A stretch of DNA of 64,000 nucleotides from Octopus sinensis (lineage: Eukaryota). Of this stretch, positions 25,316 through 38,126 are shown one piece after another (the first letter of the stretch is position 1; each line of letters opens with the position of its first letter). Under the pieces are notes generated by a model, which did no database searches, was not told the origin of the DNA, and worked only from the letters and a program-made list of their open reading frames with translations. The DNA lies in the NCBI RefSeq assembly GCF_006345805.1, contig NC_043004.1:58218001-58282000 (forward strand), read 5' to 3'. The position numbers were made by a program, and so were the translations under genes.

Positions 25316-25539
25316 GTGTGTTTGTGTGTCTGTGGTTGGCCCTAGCATTGCTTGATAACCGATGCTGGTGTGTTTACGTCTCCGTCACTTAGCGGTTCGG
25401 CAAAAGGGACCGATAGAATAAGTACTGGGCTTACAAAGAATAAGTCCTGGGGTTGATTTGCTCGACTAAAGGCGGTGTTCCAGCATGGCCACAGTCAAAT
25501 GACTGAAACAAGTAAAAGAGTAAAAGAGTAAAGAGAGTA
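25092..25539 (+). mobile_element. SINE family A, slightly 5'-truncated, flanked by a 60-bp direct repeat
   Basis: Full body; flanks 25032-25091 and 25538-25597 are identical. Confidence 0.92.
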
Positions 25540-26639
25540 GTGTAACTTTGCCTTTGTACCATTTCACAAAGGGGTTGATATTCCAATGTTTCTGTCAATA
25601 AGGATACAGTATTATCTACAACCCGAATTACTAGGTGACATATGTAGCAGTTTTATCCTGATGCCATATAATTTGTCCTGTCTCAGGAGCCTTTTCTTTG
25701 TTTTCCACTGCTGTTTACATTCTATTTTGCACTAAAAACCACCATAAAATGCTTCATTTTTATTGTTATTTATGATATATAAGCTGATATTATTTTAGAC
25801 GTATTTATCTGAATGCATTGTTTTGCAAAAGTATTCAACATTCTGTCTGTGTAGAACATAAGGGATTCTTTTACACTCCTCTTCTGTATTTGTATATTGG
25901 CAAACAACTTCCTGCCTATACATCTTTGCTACTTCTTCCTGTTTAGACCTGTTGCTCATCTCTCTAAATACTTTATCAACTGTATTGTTATCATTCTTCT
26001 CTCAATCATTTGCTCTGCTTTAAGCTGCACAATTCAAAAACAAAAAAAAACAAAAAACGAAAAGAGACTTGTTCATTTGTTTCTTTTCATATCTATTTTT
26101 GCATGCTAGCATGGGTTAGATGAACATATTATTGGAACATTGCTTTACAACAGGATTCCCTTTCTATTATCAATCCTTGCCTGTTTTTCAGTTTAGGGAT
26201 CTTTTAATTCATATGCTTTCAAAGGTACAAAGTTAGATTTGTTGACAGCAGAAATGACAATATCTTTATCACTTGTCGTTCAGTGTTTTCTTGGAGAAGC
26301 ACAAATGTAAACAAACACACACATGCACACACAAATACATTTTAGGATGGGCTTCTTTCAGTTCCTGTCCACTAAATCCACCAACAAGATTTTGCTTGGG
26401 CTAAAGCTATTTTAGAAGACATTTGCCCAAGATTCTGTGCTGAAGAACTTGAATCTGAAACTACATGGCAGAGATGTAGTTTCCTAAATTGTCCTCTGTT
26501 TTTACCTTGGGTATGTGCCTTCTACAATAATCCCAGGGTAAGTGTCTCCTACTTGGCAAGTGTAATGGACCCCAAAACCATGCAATTGTGAAGCAAACTT
26601 CTCAACCATACAGCCATGACTGCACTTGTTTGGGTCTTT

Positions 26640-27150
26640 TTTGTTTGTGTTTTTTCTCATCATACCTAATGCTGCGATGATTATTGTTACTTTTAGACCA
26701 ATATCCTGTTTATTTCAACTTCAAGAACTTGTATTTTGACAGATCCTTCATCTCCTTTTGGTCAATGCTTTAGTTAAAAAAGACAGATTTCTATGGGCAT
26801 ATAGATATTTTCATCCAAGTCTTTGATTATTGTCTGGAAAGATTTACCTTGATCTCCATGTCATTTTCCACAGGAATGTGCCAAACAGGCAAGAAATGGT
26901 AAATGATATATTTATATGTACCAAACATTGTAGATTTGTCATGTACTGTATTTTGTATGTATATCACTTCTTGTCCATTTTCGTATTGAAGTATTGGCGT
27001 ATTTCCTAGTGGACACAGTTGCATATTCAATTAAGTCTGTGAATATACTTTTAGACCAGGCAGAAATAGTGCAGCTGGAGATGATCATTGTACTGGTTTC
27101 ATAGTCTGATGCACTTGACATAAGCATTGTTTGCCATTTTTTAGTGTACA
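26640..27150 (-). mobile_element. Decayed RLE-type (R4/Dong-like) non-LTR retrotransposon C-terminal fragment
   Basis: Frame-shifted pieces ETSTMIISSC, CVH*EIRQY..KK*Y, HIPVENDMEIK, TIIKD, KEMKDLSKYK and IIIAALGMMRK follow the zinc-knuckle then PD..D endonuclease order. Confidence 0.65.
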
Positions 27151-27677
27151 TGCATGTGGTTAAGCATTGGTCACCAGCATTTATAATCAGTGCTTCTGTT
27201 TCTGGTTTTATCCCTGAGCTTTTAAACCACTATTGGCTTTCTTTCAACATTCATATGCAGAGCTGAAGCAGTTGATGAAAAATAAAGGCATTCAACTGTG
27301 AAAACTATTACCAAAATGTCAGAGAAGGGCTAAAAATATATCAAAATGAAATGACAGAGAATGCAAGTATTTGAAATCTAGACATGCTTTGCAAACCTGG
27401 ACAACTGTACAGATAAAAACAGTTAAAAACTAATAATTTTATATACTATAGGCACAAGGCTTGAAATTTTATGGGAAGAGACAAGTTGATTTCATAAATT
27501 CCAGTGCTTGACTGGTATTTATTTTACTGACCTCCTAAAGGATAAAAGGTAAAATTGACCTTGGCAGAATTTGAACTAAAGCCAGAAGCAATGTCACTAA
27601 ACATTTTATCTAGCTTGCTAATGATTCTACTAAATGGCTGCCTTGCTTAAAAGCAGTAATGACATTAATAACTATGA

Positions 27678-28047
27678 TATCCGAATCGTGGCCGATGCCA
27701 GCGCCACCTCGACTGGCTTCCGTGTTGGTGGCACATAAAAAGCACCATCCGAATCGTGGCCGAAGCCAGTGCCGCCTATACTGGCTTCCGTGCCGGTGGC
27801 ACGTAAAATGCACCCATCCGACCGTGGCCGATGCCAGCCTCGCCTGACACCAGTGCAGGTGGCACGTAAAAAGCACCCACTGCACTCACGGAGTGGTTGG
27901 CGTTAGGAAGGGCATCCAGCTGTAGAAACATTGCCAGATAAGACCGGAGCCTGGTGCAGCCTTCTGGCTTCCCAGATCCCCGGTCGAACCGTCCAACCCA
28001 TGCTAGCATGGAGAACGGACATTAAACGATGATGATGATGATGATGA
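27678..28047 (+). mobile_element. Family D (RTE-type 3' fragment)
   Basis: Same units and (GAT)n tail. Confidence 0.8.
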
Positions 28048-29333
28048 TATGATTGATGTCAATAAATGGATAAAAAGGTGACTGATACGTTCATTTATAC
28101 TTATGCTTGTGCCATTATCATCACCATCATCATTTTGACATCCATTTCTTCTCCATGCTGGCATTGGTTACGCAAATCTTTATCTGGACAGAGTTTCTAT
28201 GACCAGATGCTTTTCCTGTTGCCAACCATTTCTTGTTTTGCAAGCAAAGTATTTTTCTTCATTTCACCAATAATCACACACCTGTGGAATTACAGAATAA
28301 TAATTGTTCATTAGAGAAAGTAAACAAAGTCACTAGCTTTCACTCAGGTTGTGCTACTAATGACATTCTGAACTGATAGTTATGCATATGAATATGTATT
28401 CATATGTACACACACACACACATGCAAAAGAGGCTTCGTTGCAGCGTCTGGCTACCAATTTCATTCATCACTCTCAAGGCATTGACTGGCCTGAGGCAAT
28501 ATTAGATGACACAAGTCCACAGCACCACACAGTAGAACTGGCATCGAAAACCATGCAGTTGCAAAGTGGTTGCCATGCCTGAGTCTATATGGCAAGAATT
28601 TCTCTACATTCTACGTGAAGAAATATATGCATTAATGCATATTTTTATATATACATACTAAAAACAGACACACACCTACACACATATTGTGACCACTAGG
28701 TTTGGGAATAATTCTGCATGTTTACAGGTGTTAATACCTGAATGGAATAATGAAGAAATTATGTAAATGGCAACACAGTGTAATTGCTGTTTAACCCCAA
28801 TCAGGCAGACCTATGATTAAAGGTATTCAAACTGTAACCATTCCATCTTTTCTTCAAGCATAGACTACCTATAACTACACTACCCAATCTCTTCTTCCAT
28901 TTTTGTGATGGTTGGATATGTGATATGAAAGATATTAAGCTGCTATGTCTAGCAAGCTTCTTGACCATATAATGGCTTTCTGCTGTTTTATTTTATAGAT
29001 AGCAAGTTCATGCAAAACAAGGAAGACATTACCATAGTAATGATGTATTTCATAAATATTTATGGATACAGAAAATAAAAAAAAAACAAGAAACACAATA
29101 TTCTTTAGGTAGGTTACAAGCTGATGACAGTTTAGCTCTGACAGGAGCTGATCAAGAAAGATAAGGGAGGAGGTGAAGAACATTGATCTGAAACCATTGG
29201 TACTTGCAAAGGAGGAATGGCAGTCTAATAATGTCATATTACATATTTGTCCACTCTATTCCAATATCAAAAGTGGTAACATGCTAAATGGTAATGACAG
29301 TGATAGTCATGAAAAAAGCAAAACCATAGCATA

Positions 29334-29369
<36 letters not shown>

Positions 29370-29371
<2 letters not shown>

Positions 29372-29752
29372 CGCAGGAGTGGCTGTGTGGTAAGTAGCTT
29401 GTTTACTAACCACATGGTTCCGGGTTCAGTCCCACTGCGTGGCATCTTGGGCAAGTGTCTTCTGCTATAGCTCCGGGCCGACCAATGCCTTGTGAGTGGA
29501 TTTGGTAGACGGAAACTAAAAGAAGCCTGTCGTATATATGTATATATATATATGTGTGTGTGTGTGTTTGTGTGTCTGTGTTTGTCCACCCAACATCGCT
29601 TGACAACTGATGCTGGTGTGCTTACGTCCCCGTCACTTAGCAGTTCGGCAAAAAGAGACCGATAGAATAAGTACTGGGCTTACAAGTACTTACAAGGTGG
29701 TGCTCCAGCATGGCCGCAGTCAAATTACTGAAACAAGTAAAAGAGTAAAAGA
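29370..29752 (+). mobile_element. SINE family A inserted in (TA)n
   Basis: Full head to tail with a small 3' deletion. Confidence 0.9.
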
Positions 29753-30171
29753 TATATATATATATATCAGTGCTGCAATGCACAGCTATGGATAAGAGTC
29801 TTCTATCATAGCCATAAGCCAACCGAAGTCTTATGAGTGGATGTGAAAAGAGCTTGTCAGATGTGTGTGTGTGTTTGTGCATGTGTGCATACACATGTTT
29901 GTGTGTGCATACACATGTTTGTGTGTGATTCTGTGTGCTTGTTAATATTAGTACTTCTTCAGAAATCATGAGACACAACCAGAGCTGTTCAACAAACTGC
30001 CTGTTGGCTTTGCTTCTTAGAAGACATATGAAATAACAGATCTTTTCTTTTGAGAAACAAGCAGGTGTTAAGGACAAGAAGGGTATCCAGCTGTAATACA
30101 ATGATTTATTAATATACTTATACTAAGATGAAAAAAACGGATGTAAAAATGAATGAATTTAGAAATGATAT

Positions 30172-30210
<39 letters not shown>

Positions 30211-30565
30211 TTACACAGACTTGTATACATGTGTATATGTATAAGAGAGCAGTAGTAGCTCATCAAACCCATACTAGTATTGAAAGTAGATATAAAGCAG
30301 TGAAGATGATGTATATTAATGTAGTTTTAAAGATTAAAAAATTTTTCTTAGCTCTGCTGCTTTTAGGGTAGGCCATCGGGTACACATTTGTCTTTCTAGA
30401 CCCACCCACCCAGATTTGAGCAGAAATGGTGGTTTATTTCTGTTGAACATTGCTTCTTCTATGGCTGTAGGTCAAGTGACTAATGGTTTAAACTGTTCTA
30501 AGATTTGTGTGAAGAGTTAATCTGGATCTCTTAATTAGGATGATTATCTTAAATGAAGCTGAGTT

Positions 30566-30566
<1 letters not shown>

Positions 30567-30635
<69 letters not shown>

Positions 30636-30743
30636 TTATGTACCCCCATACGTACACATATACACACTCATACATCCATGCAGCCACATATTTTTACATA
30701 TATAAGTGTGTATGATATACATATATATATATATATATGTATG

Positions 30744-30790
<47 letters not shown>
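30567..30790. repeat. (CA)n then (TA)n microsatellites
   Basis: Direct reading. Confidence 0.9.
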
Positions 30791-31496
30791 TGGTATATGC
30801 CTACACAATAATAGATAGGTCAAGAGGCAGAGAAACACTTTTAGCTCAGAATTATTACATTCAAAGCACTCAAAGAAACCTAATTTATTCTGCTGAAAAA
30901 TGTCAGATTAAAGAGAAATCAAATTAACTGAGGTTTTCTTGAGGTGTACATGCTGTTTTCTTTCTTTTCTCTCTTAATTTTTTCCCCTGTTTTCAAGACT
31001 TCTGTATTAATAATGAAGATAATAATATTGAAATGAAAGGAAAAAATGTTAGTGCAGATGATGGACATGGTAGTAGTACCAGCAGTTATAGCTATACTAG
31101 TTATTAGTGCTCCTGATGATGCAAACAGTTATCATCTTTATAGTGGTGGGGATGGTAGTAGTGCTGATGGTAGACAATCTTGATGAAATGTAGGAAACTA
31201 AGTTTTCATTGGACTTTTTTCCAATTGTTGAGACGATCTATCAATCATAACTCCTGACAGATGTGCCACCATTTTCTTTTAAAGTTGAGGGGTAGGATTT
31301 GAGCAGAGAATGCACTAAATAGAACAAATATTTTAAAGCATCTTGTCTAAAAAGCTCTCATTCTACCACTCCATTGTTGTGGAATCCTTTTTTTTTATCA
31401 ACCCTTAAAAGAATGAAAAGTAAACGTGACCTCGGCAAAATTTGACCTCGGGGAACCCAGAAAGCCAGAACAAATAATCCTTTCTACTATGGGCAC

Positions 31497-32077
31497 AGCT
31501 ATCCTTGTCCATTCTCACCACATGACCATACCAGCACAGTCATCTCTCTTGGACACCACATCTGATGCTTCGTAGGTCCAACTTTCCTCTCAAGGCACTT
31601 ACACGCTGTCGTGTGTGCACAGTGACATCATACATCTAGCAGAGCATACTGGCTTCATTCCTTGCAAGCTTACGCATTTTGTGTGTGCACACTGACATTA
31701 CACATCCAGTAGATCATACTAGCTTCATTTCTTTTGAGCCTATGCATGTCTTCAGCAGTCATGACCTATGTTTCACTGCTGTGAAGCATGGCAGTTTGCA
31801 CAAATGCATCATGCTATCTACCTTTCACTCTGAGCAAGAGGCCCTTTGTCAACTGTAGGGGTAGAAGCTTTCTGAACTTTGCCCAGGCTATTCTTATTCT
31901 AGTGGTAGCACTCTCTCAGCATCCATCCCCACTACAGACTTCGTTACCTAGGTAGCGGAAGCTTTCAACAACTTCTAGTTTCTCCTCCTGGTGTGTGATG
32001 GAGTCTATTTTCTGAGCATCTGTGGTGTTTATTGTCTCTGTGCATCTGCTGCACATGAAAGCTATCTTTCCAGTTAA
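31497..32077 (-). mobile_element. RTE-clade LINE ORF2 fragment (RT C-terminal region), pseudogenised
   Basis: [51 protein letters not shown], then a degraded WYGHVVRMDKD; in-frame stops present. Confidence 0.85.
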
Positions 32078-32520
32078 ATATATGTATATATATTTGTGTG
32101 TGTATATATGCATGTATATATATAAATATATATATATATATGTGTGTGTGTGTATATATATATGTATATACATGTGTGTATATATATACGTGTATATATA
32201 TATGTGTGTGTGTATATATATATGTGTATATATATATATATGTATATATATGTGTGTATATATATATGTATATATATGTGTATATATATATATATGTATA
32301 TATATGTATATATGTGTATACATATATATATATGTGTATACATATATATGTATATATATGTGTGTATATATATATGTATATATATGTATGTATATATATA
32401 TGTATATATATATATATGTGTGTATATATATGTATGTATATATATATATATATATATGTATATGTATATGTATGCATATATGTATATGTGTATATATGCA
32501 TATATATATATACATATAGA
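32078..32520. repeat. (TA)n/(TG)n compound microsatellite
   Basis: Direct reading. Confidence 0.97.
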
Positions 32521-32886
32521 GTGGTGTGGCGTCATTTGAAGGCTAAAACAATGTGAAGTGCATTGTGACCAGCGATGTGTAGCAACATCTGATAGCCTGG
32601 TTGGTCATGTAATCACGTGATATATATGCATATATATGCATGTATATATGTGTATATATGTATGCATATATATGTACACACACACACATGCACACATATT
32701 TCTGTCTCCCCAATGTATTCTGGTTGATTTGGATTTATAGTAGTAGACACTTGCTCAAAGTCTCTCACAATGAGATTGAACCTGATACCGTGTGATTGGG
32801 AAACATATTCTTAACCATACAGCCCCACAAAATAAATAATCATCACAAATAAAATGTAAATAATAATAATAATAATTAAAGAAGTA

Positions 32887-33312
32887 GGCGTAGGAGTGGC
32901 TGTGGGGTAAGTAGCTTGCTTACCAACCACATGATTCCGAGTTCATTCCCCCTGCATGGCACCTTGGGCAAGTGTCTTCTACTATAGCCTCAGGCAGACC
33001 AAAGCCTTGTGAGTTGATTTGATAGATGGAAACTGAAAGAAGCCTGTTGTATATGTGTATATATATGTATATATAATTATGTGTGTGTGTGTATGTTTGT
33101 GTGTCTGTGTTTGTCCTCCCAACATTGCTTGACAACCAATGCTGGTGTGTTTACGTCCCCGTAATTTAGCGGTTCGGCAAAAAAGACCGATAGAATAAGC
33201 ACTAGGCTTACAAAGAATAAGTCCTGGGGGTCGATTTGCTCGATTAAAGGCAGTGCTCCAGCATGGCCGCAGTCAAAATGACTGAAACAAGTAAAGAGAT
33301 TAAGGAGAGTAA
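32887..33312 (+). mobile_element. SINE family A
   Basis: Head to tail similarity with the other copies. Confidence 0.9.
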
Positions 33313-33806
33313 ATAAATGGATGATGAAATTGATGAACCAATTGTTATTGCAATACCGAGAACAGGCAAATGCTTCTTCAATTATATTTGATTTTTAAGG
33401 CATTTCAAATATTGCTTTAAATTTTGTCTATTAACAAAACAAATACTTCAAAATTCTATTCTAATTATATTTGCACTTTATTATACCTCACCTCCAGATA
33501 AAAGAAGTGCCAGTAATATATTGTAATCACTTAAATCAACACACATCTACCTGCTAAATTTCTGACATTGAAATCATACTATTATAACTTCAAGCTTTGA
33601 GGAACACTAATACAAAGCAAACATCTGTAGCACTTGCTTCTTTGGGTTACTGACACTAAAATATTTGTGGGTAATTCTGCATTCATTTCATTAACAAGTT
33701 TTATGGAAAATATGTAGCACCATTGTTGAAACTATCTTTTTCATGTTTATCTATATTTAATATGGTTAGGTTTTTCTTGAAGCAGTGTTTTTTTTTAATA
33801 ACTAGA

Positions 33807-34206
33807 CTAGCAGTATCGCCCGGCGTTGCTCAGGTTTGTAAGGGAAATAACTATATAAGCATTTTTAGAGAGTTATAGCCAAAAAATAGCAAAATAATGC
33901 ATTAAAAATGGAAAAAAAAATGATGGTAAATTTTATTTTAAATCGTTGACTCATCGTAAACATTTTTAGAGAGTTACTTCCCTTATATTTAAAAAAAATG
34001 CATTAAAATGGAAAAAAATGATGGTAAATTATTTTTAAAATCGTAGACTCATCGTAGACACACACTAATACCCAGAAGGGCTCGATATGAATCACGACTA
34101 TAAGATACCCGGTTTTGGTTAAACTGCACCGCAAAATGTGGGAGTAGTTAGGAATCTAAATCGTAGGAGACAGACACTCACACAATTTCACTTTTATATA
34201 TAAAGA
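33807..34206 (-). mobile_element. Non-autonomous Helitron-like element
   Basis: On the minus strand: A|TCTTTATATATAAAAGTG 5' end, subterminal GC hairpin, CTAG|T 3' end; homologous to 44237 and 47562. Confidence 0.8.
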
Positions 34207-34650
34207 TATGGTTAGGTTTTTCTTGAAACAGTGTTTTTTTTTAATAACTAGATGCCTTCTCTACCACTAAAGTTTCAGCACTTAAGTAGCAATGGAATTT
34301 GATGAGAACCAAATAGATTTGTGTAGCTTGCTTAGCAGTGCAGCACAACAGCTGGTGTGTGATTGGAACATATGACATGTAGACATTAGCCTAGCAGCTT
34401 GACACATTATCTTCATGACAAGGAGTACTCTTTTGATATTTTTGTGCAGTTCAGAAGCTTGCTTTGCATCCCTGTGGTTTCAGGTTCAATCTCACTGTTT
34501 TGGCACCTTGTGTAAGTGTCTTCTTCTATAGCCCCAGACCAACTAATGCCTTGTGGGTGAATTTGATAGATAGAAACTATTTGAAAACCTGTCACACACA
34601 TGCGTGCCTGAGTACACGTGTGTGTGTGTGTGTGTGTGTTTATGTGTGTA

Positions 34651-35053
34651 GGCGTAGGAGTGGCTGTGTGGTAAGTAGCTTGCTTACCAACCACATGGTT
34701 CCGGGTTCAGTCCCACTGCGTGGCACCTTGGGCAAGTGTCTTCTACTATAGCCTCAGGCAGACCAAAGCCTTGTGAGTGGATTTGATAGACGGAAATTGA
34801 AAGAAGCCCGTCGTATATATGTATATATATATATGTATATGTGTGTGTGTCTGTGTTTGTCCCCCCAACATCGCTTGACAACCAATGCTGGTGTGTTTAC
34901 GTCCCCGTAATTTAGTGGTTCGGCAAAAGAGACCAATAGAGTAAGTACTAGGCTTCCAAAGAATAAGTCCTGGGATTGATTTGCTCGATTAAAGGTGGTG
35001 CTCCAGCATAGCCACAGTCAAATGACTGAAACAAGTAAAAGAGTAAAAGAGTA
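34651..35053 (+). mobile_element. SINE family A
   Basis: Head to tail. Confidence 0.9.
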
Positions 35054-35186
35054 TATGCATGTGTTTGTGTTTTTCAGCCATTAACCTTTAATAATTTGTA
35101 CTGGTGTTTACATCCTCATAACTTAAGGGTTTGACAAAAGTGACAAATAGAATAAGGACGAGACTTAAAAAAAAAAAAGAAAAGAA

Positions 35187-35601
35187 GGCGCAGGAGTGGC
35201 TGTGTGGTAAGTAGCTTGCTAACCAACCACATGGTTCCAGGTTCAGTCCCACTGCGTGGCATCTTGGGCAAGTGTCTTCTGCTATAGCCCCGGGCCGACC
35301 AATGCCTTGTGAGTGGATTTGGTAGACGGAAACTGAAAGAAGCCCATCGTATATATGTATATATATATATATATATATATAAGTGTGTGTGTATATGTTT
35401 GTGTGTCTGTGTTTGTCCCCCTAGCATTGCTTGACAACTGATGCTGGTGTGTTTACGTCGCTGTCACTTAGCGGTTCGGCAAAAGAGACCGATAGAATAA
35501 GTACTGGGCTTACAAAGAATAAGTCCCAGGGCCGATTTGCTCGACTAAAGGCGGTGCTCCAGCATGGCCGCAGTCAAATGACTGAAACAAGTAAAAGAGT
35601 A
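35187..35601 (+). mobile_element. SINE family A
   Basis: Head to tail. Confidence 0.9.
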
Positions 35602-36594
35602 TTTGAATCGATTTGTTTGACCAAACCCATGAAAGCAGTGCTCCCATATGACCGCAGTCCAATGAAACATGTAGAAGATATTTATGTTGATATCATCGTG
35701 ATATCAACATATATGTCACAAATTCTTCACGTTATATTAAAAATCCCTGCCTTCAACTTTGTTGTTTTTCATTCGTTCAAGAAAGGTTATTAAAAGTCAC
35801 CAGAAGGAACAGGTGCAATTAAAATATCTACCAGAAGTAGACATTGAACTGGCAGATTCTTTAGATAATTAGACAAGATTAATTGGGGAATTTATTCTTG
35901 CTCTCTGAACTTTGTGTTCAAATCCTTTAAAGGTCAACTTCTTCTCTTCGTCCTTGTGAGAGAGACAAAATACCTATTAAGTACCTTGAGGCCGATTCTT
36001 AGGTCCCCCCATCTCTCTCTCTCTGTCATACACATACAACATGTAGAATCATCCATAGGGTACCCTTCACTATATACCTATTTCTAGAACTGTAGAAATG
36101 ATCACTGAGAGTCTGACAACTTCAGCTCACAGAAAAATAACTGATGTACAACAAAGAGCATCCAAAAAGAGACTCCTGTACAGTACATTATGAAATGGAA
36201 ATAAAGAATAATACACTAGAAATAGATTCTATTGACTATAATAACTATACTCTTCCTTGATCAATTTTTGGTCTTGTGTCAATAAAAAAAATTATTATTA
36301 CTATTTACTGATTCAAATCCTGGAGAGGTTTTTACTGAAGTTAATTCACTTCTCCATTTCTCTCCATTACAAACCATGGCCTTGTGCCAATGTTAAGAAA
36401 TCACAGTTACATTACATCGTATAACATCACAGATCCAAGTATCTAGGATGTAGGCATTTTTATTGTTTTAATTAAACACTGCATAACATTTGTCCAAAGT
36501 TCAATACATAGTGTTCTTTAGCAAAAGAAATCATTATAGCTAGTCAAGCACTGGGGCCTGGGTCAATGCTATTATATGTCTAAACCAGAAACCA

Positions 36595-36643
36595 TTATTA
36601 TGATTATTATTATTGTTGTTATTATTATTATTATTATTATTAT

Positions 36644-36684
<41 letters not shown>

Positions 36685-36686
36685 TT
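36595..36686. repeat. (ATT)n(AGT)n microsatellite
   Basis: Direct reading. Confidence 0.9.
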
Positions 36687-36687
36687 G

Positions 36688-36908
36688 GCAGGGAGCTAGC
36701 AGTATCATTAGTATGCTAGACAAGATGCTTAGCAGCATTTCATCTGACTTTATGTTCAAATTTTCCCAAGGTTGACTTTGCCTTTGATCCTTTTGGGGTC
36801 AATAAAATAAGTACTAGTTGAGCACTGGGGGGTGATGTAACCAACTCCCTGAAATTGCTGGCCTTGTGCCCAAATTTGAAACCATTATTTTTATCATTTT
36901 TATTGTTG

Positions 36909-36943
<35 letters not shown>

Positions 36944-37420
36944 ATTATTATTAAGGCGACAAGCTGACAAGACTGATAGCATGCCAGGCAAAATATTTTG
37001 TGGCATTTCGTCCATCTTCACATTCTGAGTTCAAACACCACCCAGGTCAACTTTGCTTTCATCTTTTTGGAGTCAATAATTCAAGTACCTATTTCTTTAC
37101 TACTCACAAGGGGCTAGACACAGAGAGGTCAAACAAGGACAGACAAACGGATTAAGTCGAATACATCAACCCTAGTGCATAACTGGTACTTAATTTATCG
37201 ACACCAAGAGGATGAAAGGCAAAGTCGACCTCGGCGGAATTTGAACTCAGAACGTAAGGACAGACGAAATATTGGTAAGCATTTCGCCCGGAGTGCTAAC
37301 TAATAATTTAAGTACCAGTAGAGTACTGGGGTCGATGTAATCGACTTAACCCGTCCCCTAAAATTCAGGCCTTGTGCCTATAGTAGAAAGGATTATTATT
37401 ATTATTATGATTATCATTAT
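36688..37420. mobile_element. Family B cluster: two old + copies, the second interrupted by a young minus-strand copy (37089-37300)
   Basis: Nested insert flanked by AATAATT(C/T)AAGTAC at 37075-37088 and 37302-37315. Confidence 0.8.
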
Positions 37421-37748
37421 TATTAGGTATAACGGATTAAAAGAATCAGCAGCACATCTGGAGAAATACTTAGCAGTATTTTTTTTCTGTTCTTTACAAC
37501 AATCTAAGTTCAAATCCCACGAAGCCAGCTGTCTTCTTTGCCTTTCACCCTTTCAGGCCTAATAAAATTACGTACCTTTCAAGTAGATCAGCCAATGTAA
37601 GTGACTGAACCTTACATGCCAAATTTTAGGCCTTGTAATCTTGATAAAAACTAATATTGATATTTATCATCCTGCACCACCGAATGAACCTTTGTCTTCC
37701 GTAGTGTGTATAAAATTGTGTTTCAGAAATGTAGAAATAAGATTATAA

Positions 37749-38126
37749 GGCACAGGAGTATCTTGCTTACCAACCACATGGTTCCAGGTTCAGTCCCACT
37801 GCGTGGCACCTTGGGCATGTGTCTTCTACTATAGCCTCGGGCCGACCAAAGCCTTGTGAGTGGATTTGGTAGACGGAAACTGAAAGAAGCCTGTCGTATA
37901 TATGTATATATGTATGTGTGTGTGTGTGTGTTTGTGTGTCTGTGTTTATCCCAACATCGCTTGACAACTGATGCTGGTGTGTTTACATCCCCATAACTTA
38001 ACAGTTCGGTAAAAGAGATTGACAGAATAAGTACTAGGCTTACAAAGAATAAGTCCTGGGGTGAATTTGCTCGACTAAAGGCGGTGCTCCAGCATGGCCA
38101 CAGTCAAATGACTGAAACAAGTAAAA
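37749..38126 (+). mobile_element. SINE family A
   Basis: Head (partly deleted) to tail. Confidence 0.88.

Noticed and set aside
26827-27030. Host exon ending at AAG|GTAAAT (ORF MNMQLCPLG...)
   Set aside because: Better explained as a frame-shifted RLE retrotransposon fossil.
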